The position numbers and the translations under genes are program-made. The notes beneath the pieces were generated by a model that did no database searches, was not told where the DNA came from, and was given only the letters and a program-made list of their open reading frames with translations. From IMG/VR virus record IMGVR_UViG_3300002091_000103, positions 1-26,277 of that record: 26,277 nt of DNA. The stretch is one strand, 5' to 3'. Positions 6,674 to 15,042 of this stretch are shown here, piece by piece (positions within the stretch are counted from its first letter, which is position 1; the number at the start of each line of letters is the position of its first letter). Source of the DNA: a virus. Taxonomy: Duplodnaviria > Caudoviricetes.

Positions 6674-6908
6674 CTGGCATGGCGGTAAGGGTCGAGGCAT
6701 CAAGGCAAGCGATAACTACGTGGCCGCACTATGCCAATCTTGCCATTATGAGGTCGATCAAGGTCACCGATTAACAAAAGATGAACGTCAGACTATGTGG
6801 CTCAACGCACATTTGAAGACGCTCCACTTTCTTTTGATAACCGATCAATGGCCTAGAGGCGTGCCTGTGACCGATTTGTACTTAAAGAAGTACTTACCCC
6901 TTGCGTAG
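6561..6908 (+). CDS. DUF968/DUF1364 (YbcO-like) Zn-binding putative nuclease, start uncertain
   Basis: YVRNKRLL..V..LQCQHCG...QACHSN..GGKGRGIKASD....ALCQSCHYEVDQG. ORF is open from 6504, with possible starts GTG 6561 or TTG 6573. Confidence 0.7.
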   Translation: MKSYLKTQYVRNKRLLEVVSSLQCQHCGHYQSQACHSNWHGGKGRGIKASDNYVAALCQSCHYEVDQGHRLTKDERQTMWLNAHLKTLHFLLITDQWPRGVPVTDLYLKKYLPLA

Positions 6909-7115
6909 GGCTGGAATGCCTGCCTCGGGCTGTTTTATGCCTGCGTTGTGGCTGTGTGTTGGATGGGCGTGGCTCATGTCCGTTTTTTCGTGCTTTTTGA
7001 GTTCCTTCTCAATTTTCATCACGTGCTCACGCTCTTTTTGCCATTCTTTTTTAACGACAAAATGCTTGTCCATCTCTTGTTTGGTTTCACCCTTGGTGAA
7101 TTTGAAGTTAGTCAT
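6894..7115 (-). CDS. hypothetical protein, last gene of late operon
   Basis: ORF track, AAAGGA RBS. Converges on and overlaps the rightward operon. Confidence 0.7.
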   Translation of the reverse strand: MTNFKFTKGETKQEMDKHFVVKKEWQKEREHVMKIEKELKKHEKTDMSHAHPTHSHNAGIKQPEAGIPALRKG

Positions 7116-7126
7116 TTTAATTTCCT

Positions 7127-7558
7127 TTAAGAATAAACTCTTGTGCCTGCTTTATCGATAATCAATGCTTGTCTTCTAGGTTTGTCGCTAGGATGATTCG
7201 TAACAGATATATGCGTCCATCTGTCAAATTCTCTAATCACTTGATCGTAAGGTAATTCACTAGCAATAATAGCCTTCACTACTTCGTCAGGAACAAGCCC
7301 AGGCACACGAATATCAGCGGCACACCCAATCCGATGCTGAGAAGAATCCTTACTTCCAACTGCGTCATTGACGGCTTTTGACCGAAACGCTGAATTAACC
7401 ATGATAGGACTACCGTTAAGAAGTTCTTTAACTTGTTCCAAAAATTCTGCCAAACGCATAAGATTTGCTTTTTCAGATTCATTAGGTTCATTTGATAATT
7501 CCCTGTGATCGGTGTGTGTTAATTCTTCAAGAGTAAAATTTTTAGTTAGGATTGTCAT
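7127..7558 (-). CDS. endolysin, peptidase M15 family (M15A-like)
   Basis: NFTLEEL, SAFRS..VNDAVG...SQHRIGCAADI, WTHIS give the Zn-ligand pattern SxH..GxAxD...H. Start MTIL at 7558 with GGAG RBS. Confidence 0.88.
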   Translation of the reverse strand: MTILTKNFTLEELTHTDHRELSNEPNESEKANLMRLAEFLEQVKELLNGSPIMVNSAFRSKAVNDAVGSKDSSQHRIGCAADIRVPGLVPDEVVKAIIASELPYDQVIREFDRWTHISVTNHPSDKPRRQALIIDKAGTRVYS

Positions 7559-7766
7559 TCTTTTCTCCAATGTGAATGCCTGTAATTAAGCCAATAAATC
7601 CACCAACAATTGTTTGAAATGCTGGGCCAATAATGTCAAAAACTACTTTGTCATCAACTGTTGGGTCATAAACAGCTAATAAAAACATCCAAATCATGCA
7701 AGCCACTACACCCATAAGGGAAAATGTTGCCATGATGGTGATAGCACCTTTTAAAGTCCAATTCAT
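7542..7766 (-). CDS. putative holin (2 TM)
   Basis: 74 aa, two hydrophobic segments, between spanins and endolysin. Confidence 0.55.
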   Translation of the reverse strand: MNWTLKGAITIMATFSLMGVVACMIWMFLLAVYDPTVDDKVVFDIIGPAFQTIVGGFIGLITGIHIGEKNDNPN

Positions 7767-8203
7767 TGTGTGTTCCTCACTTCGTTGTAAATGTCGATGC
7801 AGGCGTTGAGTTGCCTGATGGCGTTGTCCCCGTCTGCGGTGATGGCGATAAGAGTTTGACTAACCTCTGGGTCAAGTTCGGCTCTGCTTTCTGTATCTCC
7901 TGCGGTAGTGGAGGTATTTTGGCAGGTAGAAACGGTGCGGGCGGTGAAGCGCAACTGACCAGTAGCAATGTCAGACTGTAATTTAGTGACTTCAGTTTTA
8001 GCATTTAGTGTCGCCTTTCTCAATTCATTGGCATGATTATCTGCCATCTGTTGCATTTGTTGCTCTTTATTTCTTTCCAATGCGTTCAAACGCGCAACTT
8101 CAGCTTCTTGCTCTACATACGCTTGATGATGGCCATAGAAATATGAACTAATGGTTAACCCCAATATTCCTACAATAACCCAAGGATTGAATAAACTAAA
8201 CAT
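7763..8203 (-). CDS. Rz-like i-spanin
   Basis: N-terminal TM, coiled coil, C-terminal ELDPEV..TLIAITADGDNAIRQLNACID typical of Rz. Confidence 0.85.
   Translation of the reverse strand: MFSLFNPWVIVGILGLTISSYFYGHHQAYVEQEAEVARLNALERNKEQQMQQMADNHANELRKATLNAKTEVTKLQSDIATGQLRFTARTVSTCQNTSTTAGDTESRAELDPEVSQTLIAITADGDNAIRQLNACIDIYNEVRNTQ
7777..8004 (-). CDS. Rz1-like o-spanin lipoprotein embedded in Rz
   Basis: Alternate frame wholly inside the i-spanin gene. Signal peptide with lipobox LLVSC, followed by a Pro-rich mature part. Confidence 0.78.
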   Translation of the reverse strand: MLKLKSLNYSLTLLLVSCASPPAPFLPAKIPPLPQEIQKAEPNLTQRLVKLLSPSPQTGTTPSGNSTPASTFTTK

Positions 8204-8445
8204 TACTTTTCATCCAGTTTTTTAATTAACTTTTGAACCTTGATCTCAGTTTGCCGAATGTCCGTGTACATCCACATCAAAACGGGCATAAAAAACAATA
8301 TAACCGCAAGCAATATCACAATTACGATGATGAAAAAGGAATCATCGCTATTATGCTTATCCACACCCAAAGAATCACCATTGCCGTTGCCATTCCCACC
8401 ATGATTCGTTGTTGAATTCGGTCTGTAACCTGTTTTCGTTGCCAT
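8203..8445 (-). CDS. membrane protein (1 TM), lysis region
   Basis: FFIIVIVILLAVILFFMPVLMWMY TM segment, GAGG RBS. Overlaps the upstream gene by 124 nt. Confidence 0.65.
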   Translation of the reverse strand: MATKTGYRPNSTTNHGGNGNGNGDSLGVDKHNSDDSFFIIVIVILLAVILFFMPVLMWMYTDIRQTEIKVQKLIKKLDEK

Positions 8446-9035
8446 GCCAACCTCTTTTGTTTGTCCAGTTCCTCTTTACGCGCCAGTTGCTGTTGGTTGG
8501 CAATGTGTCCGATCATCTTGTTTACACGGCTGTACAAATCCTTCATTTCGGCAGGCACGTGGTAAACCATGTATTCCCGCAATTCCTCATTCAGCTTTTC
8601 CATTTGTAAGTTAGCAATCACCAACTTAATCGCAATGTCTTGGCCTTCTTCGTTTCCAACCGTTGTGGCTAACGCCTCTTGTTCCTCCATGTAGGCTTTC
8701 AGGCCATTGTAAGCGTGGAAAAATTTCGTTAACGCATCCGCCACATCAGCATAAATTTTGTTTTCGTCAAACTCTGGCGCTTTTTGCTTTACTTTCTTTT
8801 TTGGTTGTTCTGCTTGTTGAACTGCCTTAACTCTTTTATTGCTAGAAAAAAGGCCAGTAAAGAAAGCCCAAATTCCTTTAACATCGTCTTGAGCCTGTTT
8901 AACATCACCTATAACACCATCGATTTCTTTTTTTGCATCGACAACGAACTGTCTACCTTCCTTGTACATTTCACATGATTCTTTAACCAGCTTAAATGCT
9001 GAAGAAGCCAATGCAACAAGGGTAAACGGATCAAT
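8322..9035 (-). CDS. coiled-coil protein with C-terminal TM, start non-canonical (ATT 9035 or TTG 9011)
   Basis: Frame is open from 9038. (I)DPFTLVALASSAFKLVK... with no ATG near the 5' end. Confidence 0.75.
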   Translation of the reverse strand: MDPFTLVALASSAFKLVKESCEMYKEGRQFVVDAKKEIDGVIGDVKQAQDDVKGIWAFFTGLFSSNKRVKAVQQAEQPKKKVKQKAPEFDENKIYADVADALTKFFHAYNGLKAYMEEQEALATTVGNEEGQDIAIKLVIANLQMEKLNEELREYMVYHVPAEMKDLYSRVNKMIGHIANQQQLARKEELDKQKRLAWQRKQVTDRIQQRIMVGMATAMVILWVWISIIAMIPFSSS

Positions 9036-9038
9036 TTT

Positions 9039-9233
9039 TTACATCCCAAAGAATTTGTGGAAAAACTGCCCTGCTACGTTAGGCCCTAGGAGAACAAGCA
9101 ACATGACGCCGTAGATTAAATACTCTATCTTTGTCATGCGCTTTTCCCCTTCCCTCAAAGAATTCGCAATTTCTTTATAGCGTTGATCGCAAACGGCCAC
9201 GTGGACGGCCAAATCCTTTTCAGTATCGCTCAT
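9039..9233 (-). CDS. small membrane protein, holin/XhlA-like
   Basis: HVAVCDQRY coiled coil followed by one TM (LIYGVMLLVLLG), at the head of the lysis cassette. Confidence 0.65.
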   Translation of the reverse strand: MSDTEKDLAVHVAVCDQRYKEIANSLREGEKRMTKIEYLIYGVMLLVLLGPNVAGQFFHKFFGM

Positions 9234-9781
9234 GTTTTTTGGATAAACGCCAAAGCGTAATAAAGTGGGTTATTGGTGCCTGAACTGGTAACTACGCCGC
9301 TAGATGCAAAACCACCGTTGTTACCCACAGAATAACTGTTACCCGCGCCCACCACAAATCTGTCTCTCAGATCAGGCGTGCCGTTTGAACCGTTACAAAT
9401 CACGTATCCCGTGGGAATTGATCCAATTGAACCAGACCACATAATAATACCGCCAGCCGGTACAGCACTAACCGATGGGGTTGTACCAATAATGCCGTAA
9501 AGATTGTCTAAAGTCTGAATAACGTTATTTGTAGCATCAGTCAAAACAAACTTGTAAGAATATCCGCTGGTTAACCAAATCTCACTTGGAGGACGGCCAT
9601 CAGTACCCAACACAATTGGATTGGTGTTTGCAATTGCGCCATTAACGTCCGTATACGTGTTTAAAGGCGTGGATGAGCCTGCTTGGTATGTGTAGATATA
9701 CCCACCGGCCAAAGGCACGTTGGGCGTGGTGCTAGACATGAATTGAAAACCATTGCCTACGGGTGAAAGATTGACGCTCAT
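9230..9781 (-). CDS. tail protein: virion-binding N-terminal domain plus tail-collar domain
   Basis: PLAGGYIYTYQAGSSTP..TYTD....NTNPIVL..DGR resembles the P22 tailspike head-binding position. VPAGGIIMWSG..IPTGYVICNGSNGTPDLRDRFVVGAG is a phage tail-collar motif. Confidence 0.75.
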   Translation of the reverse strand: MSVNLSPVGNGFQFMSSTTPNVPLAGGYIYTYQAGSSTPLNTYTDVNGAIANTNPIVLGTDGRPPSEIWLTSGYSYKFVLTDATNNVIQTLDNLYGIIGTTPSVSAVPAGGIIMWSGSIGSIPTGYVICNGSNGTPDLRDRFVVGAGNSYSVGNNGGFASSGVVTSSGTNNPLYYALAFIQKT

Positions 9782-9782
9782 G

Positions 9783-11660
9783 TTATTTTCCTATGTCTGA
9801 AAGTTTTGCGCCTGCACCAGGCTTTAGGGATTTCTTCACTTCTTGTTTTGCCGCGCGTTCTTGCAATAATTGTTGAGCAGGTTCTACAAACCGCCCCATA
9901 ATAGGCACTTGACCAGCTACTCTACTAGCATATTGTTTGGCCATTTGAACAGCGGTATTTGCTTCATTTACATATTGACCCGTTGGTCTAGCCTCAACCA
10001 ATTGACCAGCCCTGGCAATCTTTTTAAGCGTTAAAGCATCTTCACCAAACAAAGGCATCAATTTGCCGTTTACTTCAAGGTTTTCAATGGCTTTGTTAAA
10101 TCTTGCAGTCTTGAAGTTACCACTAGCGTCCGTGGCATCTTTCATAATAATATCTAATGCGCCTGCCCTCAAATGCTGAATGGCCGTAGGATCGTCTTTG
10201 AACAAATCCATCATTTTGGCAAAATCAGCATTCTTTGATCTTAAAACAGCACTTTGGATAAAGTCTTTTGTGTCTGCTTTACCATTAACAATGTCCGCAT
10301 AAATCTTGTTGTATGTTGGACTATCGGTATTAACCAAATCAAATTCTGCTTTGGCCACGCTTCTAGCTTTGTCTGCCAATGCTTTGGCTTCAACAGTTTC
10401 ACCAATCAAAGGCAACTTTTCCAATTCACCACGCACCAAAGTTAACGCATGAACAGCATTACCATCATCTGCTCTTTGTGCTTTGCGTGTTTCTCTAGCA
10501 ATTTGCGTGCGTAAGTTTTCGTATTGAGCAAAGTTCATTTCTTTGCCGTTAACATAAGAATCAATCTTAGACTTAATAACTGGCGGTAAAAAGTCAATAT
10601 CTTCTTTTTCAGTCAATGCTTTCATTGCGTTATTAGCAAATGTTTCGCTATCAACTTTGATTTTGCCCGCACCAAATTGATCTAACGCATCATAAGCCTT
10701 TTTAGTAGCTGATTCGTTTTCTTTAATTTTGTTGCCAACAAACTCCATTGCACCTTCAGCATTGGCCACATAATTAGGCGCAAATACATCAGGGGCAGTA
10801 ACTTCTTTTACATGATTAACGTTTTCTTGCAATGCTTTGTTTTGCTCATTAAATCTTTGTAAATACTCTGTTTGCGTTGCCCTTGCGTTTCGTTCAGTAG
10901 ATATTAAATTGGCATCTTCTGCCGCTTGGCCTAAAGTTAAACGTACTGGATACTTTAATGATTCAGCTTCGGTAATGTTGGTTAACGCTTTTTGATTTAA
11001 ATCTTTTGGATTGATTGTTTTTAATTCTTGCGCCAAATCAGGTGCGGCTTGTTGAATAGCTTGCTGTAAAACAGCTTTGTTTGTTGTGGCGGCCGCGCCC
11101 GCTGGTTGCAATCCACCCTTGGGTGTTATTGGTTCAATTCTAATTTTAGGCGCTTGAATAGGCTGTGGCTTCTGACCCATGCCCATGCCCATTACTTCAG
11201 GCACACCAACTGGCGGCAATTTACTAGCTTCAAATGCGCTTTGTAATTGCTGGATATATTCTTGACCTTGTGGTGTTGTTGGCTGGTAAGTTAAGGCTTC
11301 TTGAACTTGTTGAGCCGTTTTTTGTCCTGCTTGAATACCTTGTTGCGTTCCGTATTTACCGCTTCCAAAGGTGCCACCAATACCCGCCACAGCACCTAAT
11401 GGTGCGGCAACTAAACCAGACAATGCTCCTAGTCCTGCTTCACCTAAACCTATTGCTTTTTCAATAACACCAGGTTCTTGTTTGACTTTAGGTGTTTCAC
11501 CAGTCCCTAAAATTAATTGACCTAATTCGTCAGGCTTTTCTTCTTTTGGTTGTAATTGTGGATTTAAGCCACTCATTGAGCTTTTTTTAGGCGCAACAAT
11601 ATTAGGTTGTCTTTCAACCTTTGGCCTTTCACCAAGGATCAACTCACCTAATTCATCCAT
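9783..11660 (-). CDS. putative DNA ejection / internal virion protein (P22 gp16 position)
   Basis: 625 aa, Ala/Gln/Lys-rich and helical with a Gly/Ala amphipathic stretch. Third of three genes after gp10 (synteny). Confidence 0.65.
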   Translation of the reverse strand: MDELGELILGERPKVERQPNIVAPKKSSMSGLNPQLQPKEEKPDELGQLILGTGETPKVKQEPGVIEKAIGLGEAGLGALSGLVAAPLGAVAGIGGTFGSGKYGTQQGIQAGQKTAQQVQEALTYQPTTPQGQEYIQQLQSAFEASKLPPVGVPEVMGMGMGQKPQPIQAPKIRIEPITPKGGLQPAGAAATTNKAVLQQAIQQAAPDLAQELKTINPKDLNQKALTNITEAESLKYPVRLTLGQAAEDANLISTERNARATQTEYLQRFNEQNKALQENVNHVKEVTAPDVFAPNYVANAEGAMEFVGNKIKENESATKKAYDALDQFGAGKIKVDSETFANNAMKALTEKEDIDFLPPVIKSKIDSYVNGKEMNFAQYENLRTQIARETRKAQRADDGNAVHALTLVRGELEKLPLIGETVEAKALADKARSVAKAEFDLVNTDSPTYNKIYADIVNGKADTKDFIQSAVLRSKNADFAKMMDLFKDDPTAIQHLRAGALDIIMKDATDASGNFKTARFNKAIENLEVNGKLMPLFGEDALTLKKIARAGQLVEARPTGQYVNEANTAVQMAKQYASRVAGQVPIMGRFVEPAQQLLQERAAKQEVKKSLKPGAGAKLSDIGK

Positions 11661-13156
11661 CAAAGTTCCCCTGTTTCGGTTAGTTTCTTGATGTTATTGT
11701 ATTTGTTGTAAAACTGTTGTCTAGCCTGTGGATTAGACCCTAAAAGTTCATTGATGGCTTTGTTACGCTCGGCCTTGTCTTTTACGTTATCAAAAATGGT
11801 CATTGCTTCAAATACTTTGGAATCGGCATTAGCTGACCACATACGTTTGAACGCATTTAAATTGCTATCACCATATTTTTGTGCAAACTTAGATGCGCCT
11901 GTTGCTTGCATATCCAAGTTTTGAATATCAGCGTATGTTCTTCTTGCAATGTTTTTAAGGATTTCAGGAGGATAAGTCTCATCGCCATTGGCCATTTTTT
12001 GCAATTGCTGACCCGCAACGGTATCCATTGAACCGCCTTGCGCTTGGATATTAGCAATTTGCACATTGGCCAAATCTTTGCTCAATTGTTTATATTTTGG
12101 ATCGCCTGCTATACCTTTTAATGTGCGTGTTGCCGCACCTAAAACACCGCTAGAAAACAAATCTTCTTTTTCAATTTGTGTGGCCGCTTTTATAACTTCA
12201 TCAAGATTACGCCTAGACGTTGCCAAATCGGTTTGTCTAGTAGTTAATGAATTGCGATAAGTTGCACCCTTAGTTGCATCTGTATCTTCATTAGGTGCAA
12301 GTGGTCTAATGTCTCCTGCTTTGCGTACTGGGTAAGGCAATGACATTTGTGTTTGTGACACGCCTTGAGGCATTCCTTGAGGCAAACCCATTCCTGACGG
12401 CAACGGACCGCCTTGTGGCGCGCCTTGTGGCATTTGTGGTTGCATTTCTTGCCCGCCAATACCCAAAGGTTGGGCAGTACCTGTGGCAGGCTGAAATATG
12501 GCAGGCGCACCGCCAATCGTAGCAAGTTGTGGCGTTTGCAATGTTTGCTGTGATGTTGGTGTAATGCCTGCTTGAATAATGTTTTTTATTGCTTGCTGAA
12601 CATTTGGATGTTTTCCTGTAACAACTAAATTTTTTAATGGTGCAAATCTAGCTTCAGTTTTTAATTCATTCTCAGGATCGCTTTTGGTTAATTGCTTAAT
12701 TTCATTTTCAGCATCTTTTAAAACAGATAAAACTTCCGTTGGACTACCTTGTAATCTTTTATCGTTTACAAATCCACCTAATTTTTGATTAATTTGTGCG
12801 TTGTAATCTTTGTCGTAAGCAAATTGATCTGTTAAAGTTTTAATTTGTTGTTGTTTTGCTTCTTCTTTTGTTTTTGTAATTAAAGCTGGATTAGTTTCTT
12901 TTACCCTTTGTTCTTCTAATTGTTTTAAAGATATATCTAAAGGATTTGTTGCACGTAATTTATTTAATTCAAGTGCTTTTTGTTCAATTTCTAAAGGAGT
13001 ATTAGCACGTTGTCTTTGTATGTCTAATTGCGCCTTTTCTAACGCAATAGGCATCAATTGCTGTTGTTGCTTGTATTGTTGCAACGTGGATAAATCCCCC
13101 AACATATCGCTTAATTGCATAGGTTGGGTTGTTGGATAATTTGTAAAAGTTGCCAT
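11660..13156 (-). CDS. putative DNA ejection protein (P22 gp20 position)
   Basis: 498 aa, Gln-rich helical, with a PQG linker. Assigned by synteny. Confidence 0.62.
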   Translation of the reverse strand: MATFTNYPTTQPMQLSDMLGDLSTLQQYKQQQQLMPIALEKAQLDIQRQRANTPLEIEQKALELNKLRATNPLDISLKQLEEQRVKETNPALITKTKEEAKQQQIKTLTDQFAYDKDYNAQINQKLGGFVNDKRLQGSPTEVLSVLKDAENEIKQLTKSDPENELKTEARFAPLKNLVVTGKHPNVQQAIKNIIQAGITPTSQQTLQTPQLATIGGAPAIFQPATGTAQPLGIGGQEMQPQMPQGAPQGGPLPSGMGLPQGMPQGVSQTQMSLPYPVRKAGDIRPLAPNEDTDATKGATYRNSLTTRQTDLATSRRNLDEVIKAATQIEKEDLFSSGVLGAATRTLKGIAGDPKYKQLSKDLANVQIANIQAQGGSMDTVAGQQLQKMANGDETYPPEILKNIARRTYADIQNLDMQATGASKFAQKYGDSNLNAFKRMWSANADSKVFEAMTIFDNVKDKAERNKAINELLGSNPQARQQFYNKYNNIKKLTETGEL

Positions 13157-13165
13157 TATTTATCC

Positions 13166-14797
13166 TTATGCTAATGCTATAACCGTACCAGTTTTGGCAA
13201 GATTACTTAATAAATTAGCGTTGTTTACAGCTTGTGCGGTTTGTGCGCCTGCTTGTGAAGCCGCCAATCCTGTGGTGACATTTCCATAAGTTTGTGCCAA
13301 ATTGCTACCAACTTGTCCAACTTGACCAAGTGATGTTTGACCCAATCCTGCCGCATTGGAAAGGTTGCCATAAATATTTTGTCGTTGTGTTTGGTAGTTG
13401 TTAAACGCATTTTGATACGCATTACTTGCGTAATCTTGTGTGTATTTATTCAAGCCTTGAAGCGTATTACCGCTTAATAAACCACCACCAGCATTTGCCA
13501 AATTACGATTTGCACCTTGTCCTTGTTGCAACATAAAGTCGTAATTAGGTGCCAAGCCTGCTTGCAAATCTGCCGCATTGAATTGATGCGTAAGATAAGG
13601 GGCTTGTTTACCAATTTCACTAACAGCACCCGAACCAAGATTTTGGTATGGTTGTTCTGCTTGTGCGTATTGGTTATAAAACCCTCCTAATACATCATTT
13701 ACATTGTTTGCGGCAGTTGCTTGCGTGTTGGCCGCATTAGAAATTGCGTTATTTGTTCCTAATGTTCCTAATGTAGATGCTAAACCTACGCCAGCGGCGG
13801 CAGTTTGCAAAGGTGTTAAACCTAATGCGTTGGTTGCGGCGGCCGTTCCTGCGCCTGTTGCCGCACCAGTAGCCGCACCTGTTCCAGCACCCGTAGAAGC
13901 CAATGTACCCGCACCCACAACACCGGCCGTTCCTGCACCAATTGTTCCTGTCCCAGCCGCACCAGTAGTTCCCGCACCGGCAACTTCTCCACCAACAGCG
14001 CCGGTAGTTGCCGCAGTTCCAGCACCAACATCGCTTAACGCTGTTCCTGCGCCTGTGGCCGCACCAGCACCCGTTAATCCTGATAGCAATTGACTACCAC
14101 CATACAACAAAGCGCCCGCTTTAGCGGCATCGGTAAAATTACTTACTCCACCGGCAAAACCGCCTTCACTAGAATTTAATCCTACGTTATATACGTTACT
14201 ATCGGTAACTGGTGCAAGTGTTCCGTTTTGATTTAATCCAGTAGCAACTTGGACCATTGCGCCACTAGACAAAGGCAAATTAATTGCAACACCACCGCTA
14301 GGCGTTGTTGAAATTTGATAATTGCCATTAATTTGTTGGCCTGTTTTGGTGTTGTATAAATAATTTTCATCACCTGAAGAACCAAGTGACAAAGTGCCAT
14401 TGGCCAACGCAGTTGCCAATTCTGGATATTGGGATTGTGCTTGACTGATTAATCCTCCACCAGCTTGGCCGTAGCTGACACCCACGCCACCTGGATTAGA
14501 TGACGTAAAAGGCTGATTTACCGCAGGAGTGGGCGCACTTACGGGCGCAGGCGTTGGCGCAGGCGCGGCCACAGATTGCGCTACTTGTGCCACTTGTTGT
14601 GGGGTTACGCTCATGCCAGTTGCTTGGCTAATTGCGGCGGCAATTTGTGATTGAGACAGTCCCAAAGACAAACCAGCTTGCAAAATAGCTTGCTGGCCTT
14701 CTGGCGTGCCTATGTTGGCATTGATAAATGATGATGTTCCCGCAGGCAACCCCGCTAAGGCATCACTAACCGCACCGTTTACGCTTGATATGTCCAT
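13166..14797 (-). CDS. putative DNA ejection/pilot protein (P22 gp7-like C-terminal half)
   Basis: C-terminal PNYDFMLQQG...AGGGLLSGNTLQGL.KY.QDYAS..YQNAFN motif typical of gp7-like DNA transfer proteins. Long Gly/Ala/Thr linker. Confidence 0.7.
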   Translation of the reverse strand: MDISSVNGAVSDALAGLPAGTSSFINANIGTPEGQQAILQAGLSLGLSQSQIAAAISQATGMSVTPQQVAQVAQSVAAPAPTPAPVSAPTPAVNQPFTSSNPGGVGVSYGQAGGGLISQAQSQYPELATALANGTLSLGSSGDENYLYNTKTGQQINGNYQISTTPSGGVAINLPLSSGAMVQVATGLNQNGTLAPVTDSNVYNVGLNSSEGGFAGGVSNFTDAAKAGALLYGGSQLLSGLTGAGAATGAGTALSDVGAGTAATTGAVGGEVAGAGTTGAAGTGTIGAGTAGVVGAGTLASTGAGTGAATGAATGAGTAAATNALGLTPLQTAAAGVGLASTLGTLGTNNAISNAANTQATAANNVNDVLGGFYNQYAQAEQPYQNLGSGAVSEIGKQAPYLTHQFNAADLQAGLAPNYDFMLQQGQGANRNLANAGGGLLSGNTLQGLNKYTQDYASNAYQNAFNNYQTQRQNIYGNLSNAAGLGQTSLGQVGQVGSNLAQTYGNVTTGLAASQAGAQTAQAVNNANLLSNLAKTGTVIALA

Positions 14798-14808
14798 TTT
14801 TCCCCCAT

Positions 14809-15042
14809 TTATATATTGTAATACGGCACTTTAAATTGTTGACCGTTTACCGTTATATTTATGAACCCCACCGGATTGGCTGGCAATGTTGCCGATCCTG
14901 CCGTTGCGGTTGTTGCCGAGGAAAAGTTCAACAGATTCAAAAAGAATTGTTGCCATGCCCTAGTTGGCCGATTTGTTGTTTTATCCAAAAACTCAGATTG
15001 TGGATAAGGTTGTAATTGCGTGGTGTTTTGGGTAATGCTCAA
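14809..15042 (-). CDS. small virion protein downstream of gp10 (P22 gp26 needle position)
   Basis: TRAWQQFF N-terminal motif and C-terminal ATAGSATLPANPVGFINITVNGQQFKVPYY. Assigned by synteny. Confidence 0.6.
   Translation of the reverse strand: MSITQNTTQLQPYPQSEFLDKTTNRPTRAWQQFFLNLLNFSSATTATAGSATLPANPVGFINITVNGQQFKVPYYNI

Noticed and set aside
13704-14093. Plus-strand Pro/Ala-rich ORFs here and opposite the Gly-rich and fibre genes (19430-23348)
   Set aside because: These are shadow ORFs arising from Gly/Ala/Thr codon bias on the coding strand.
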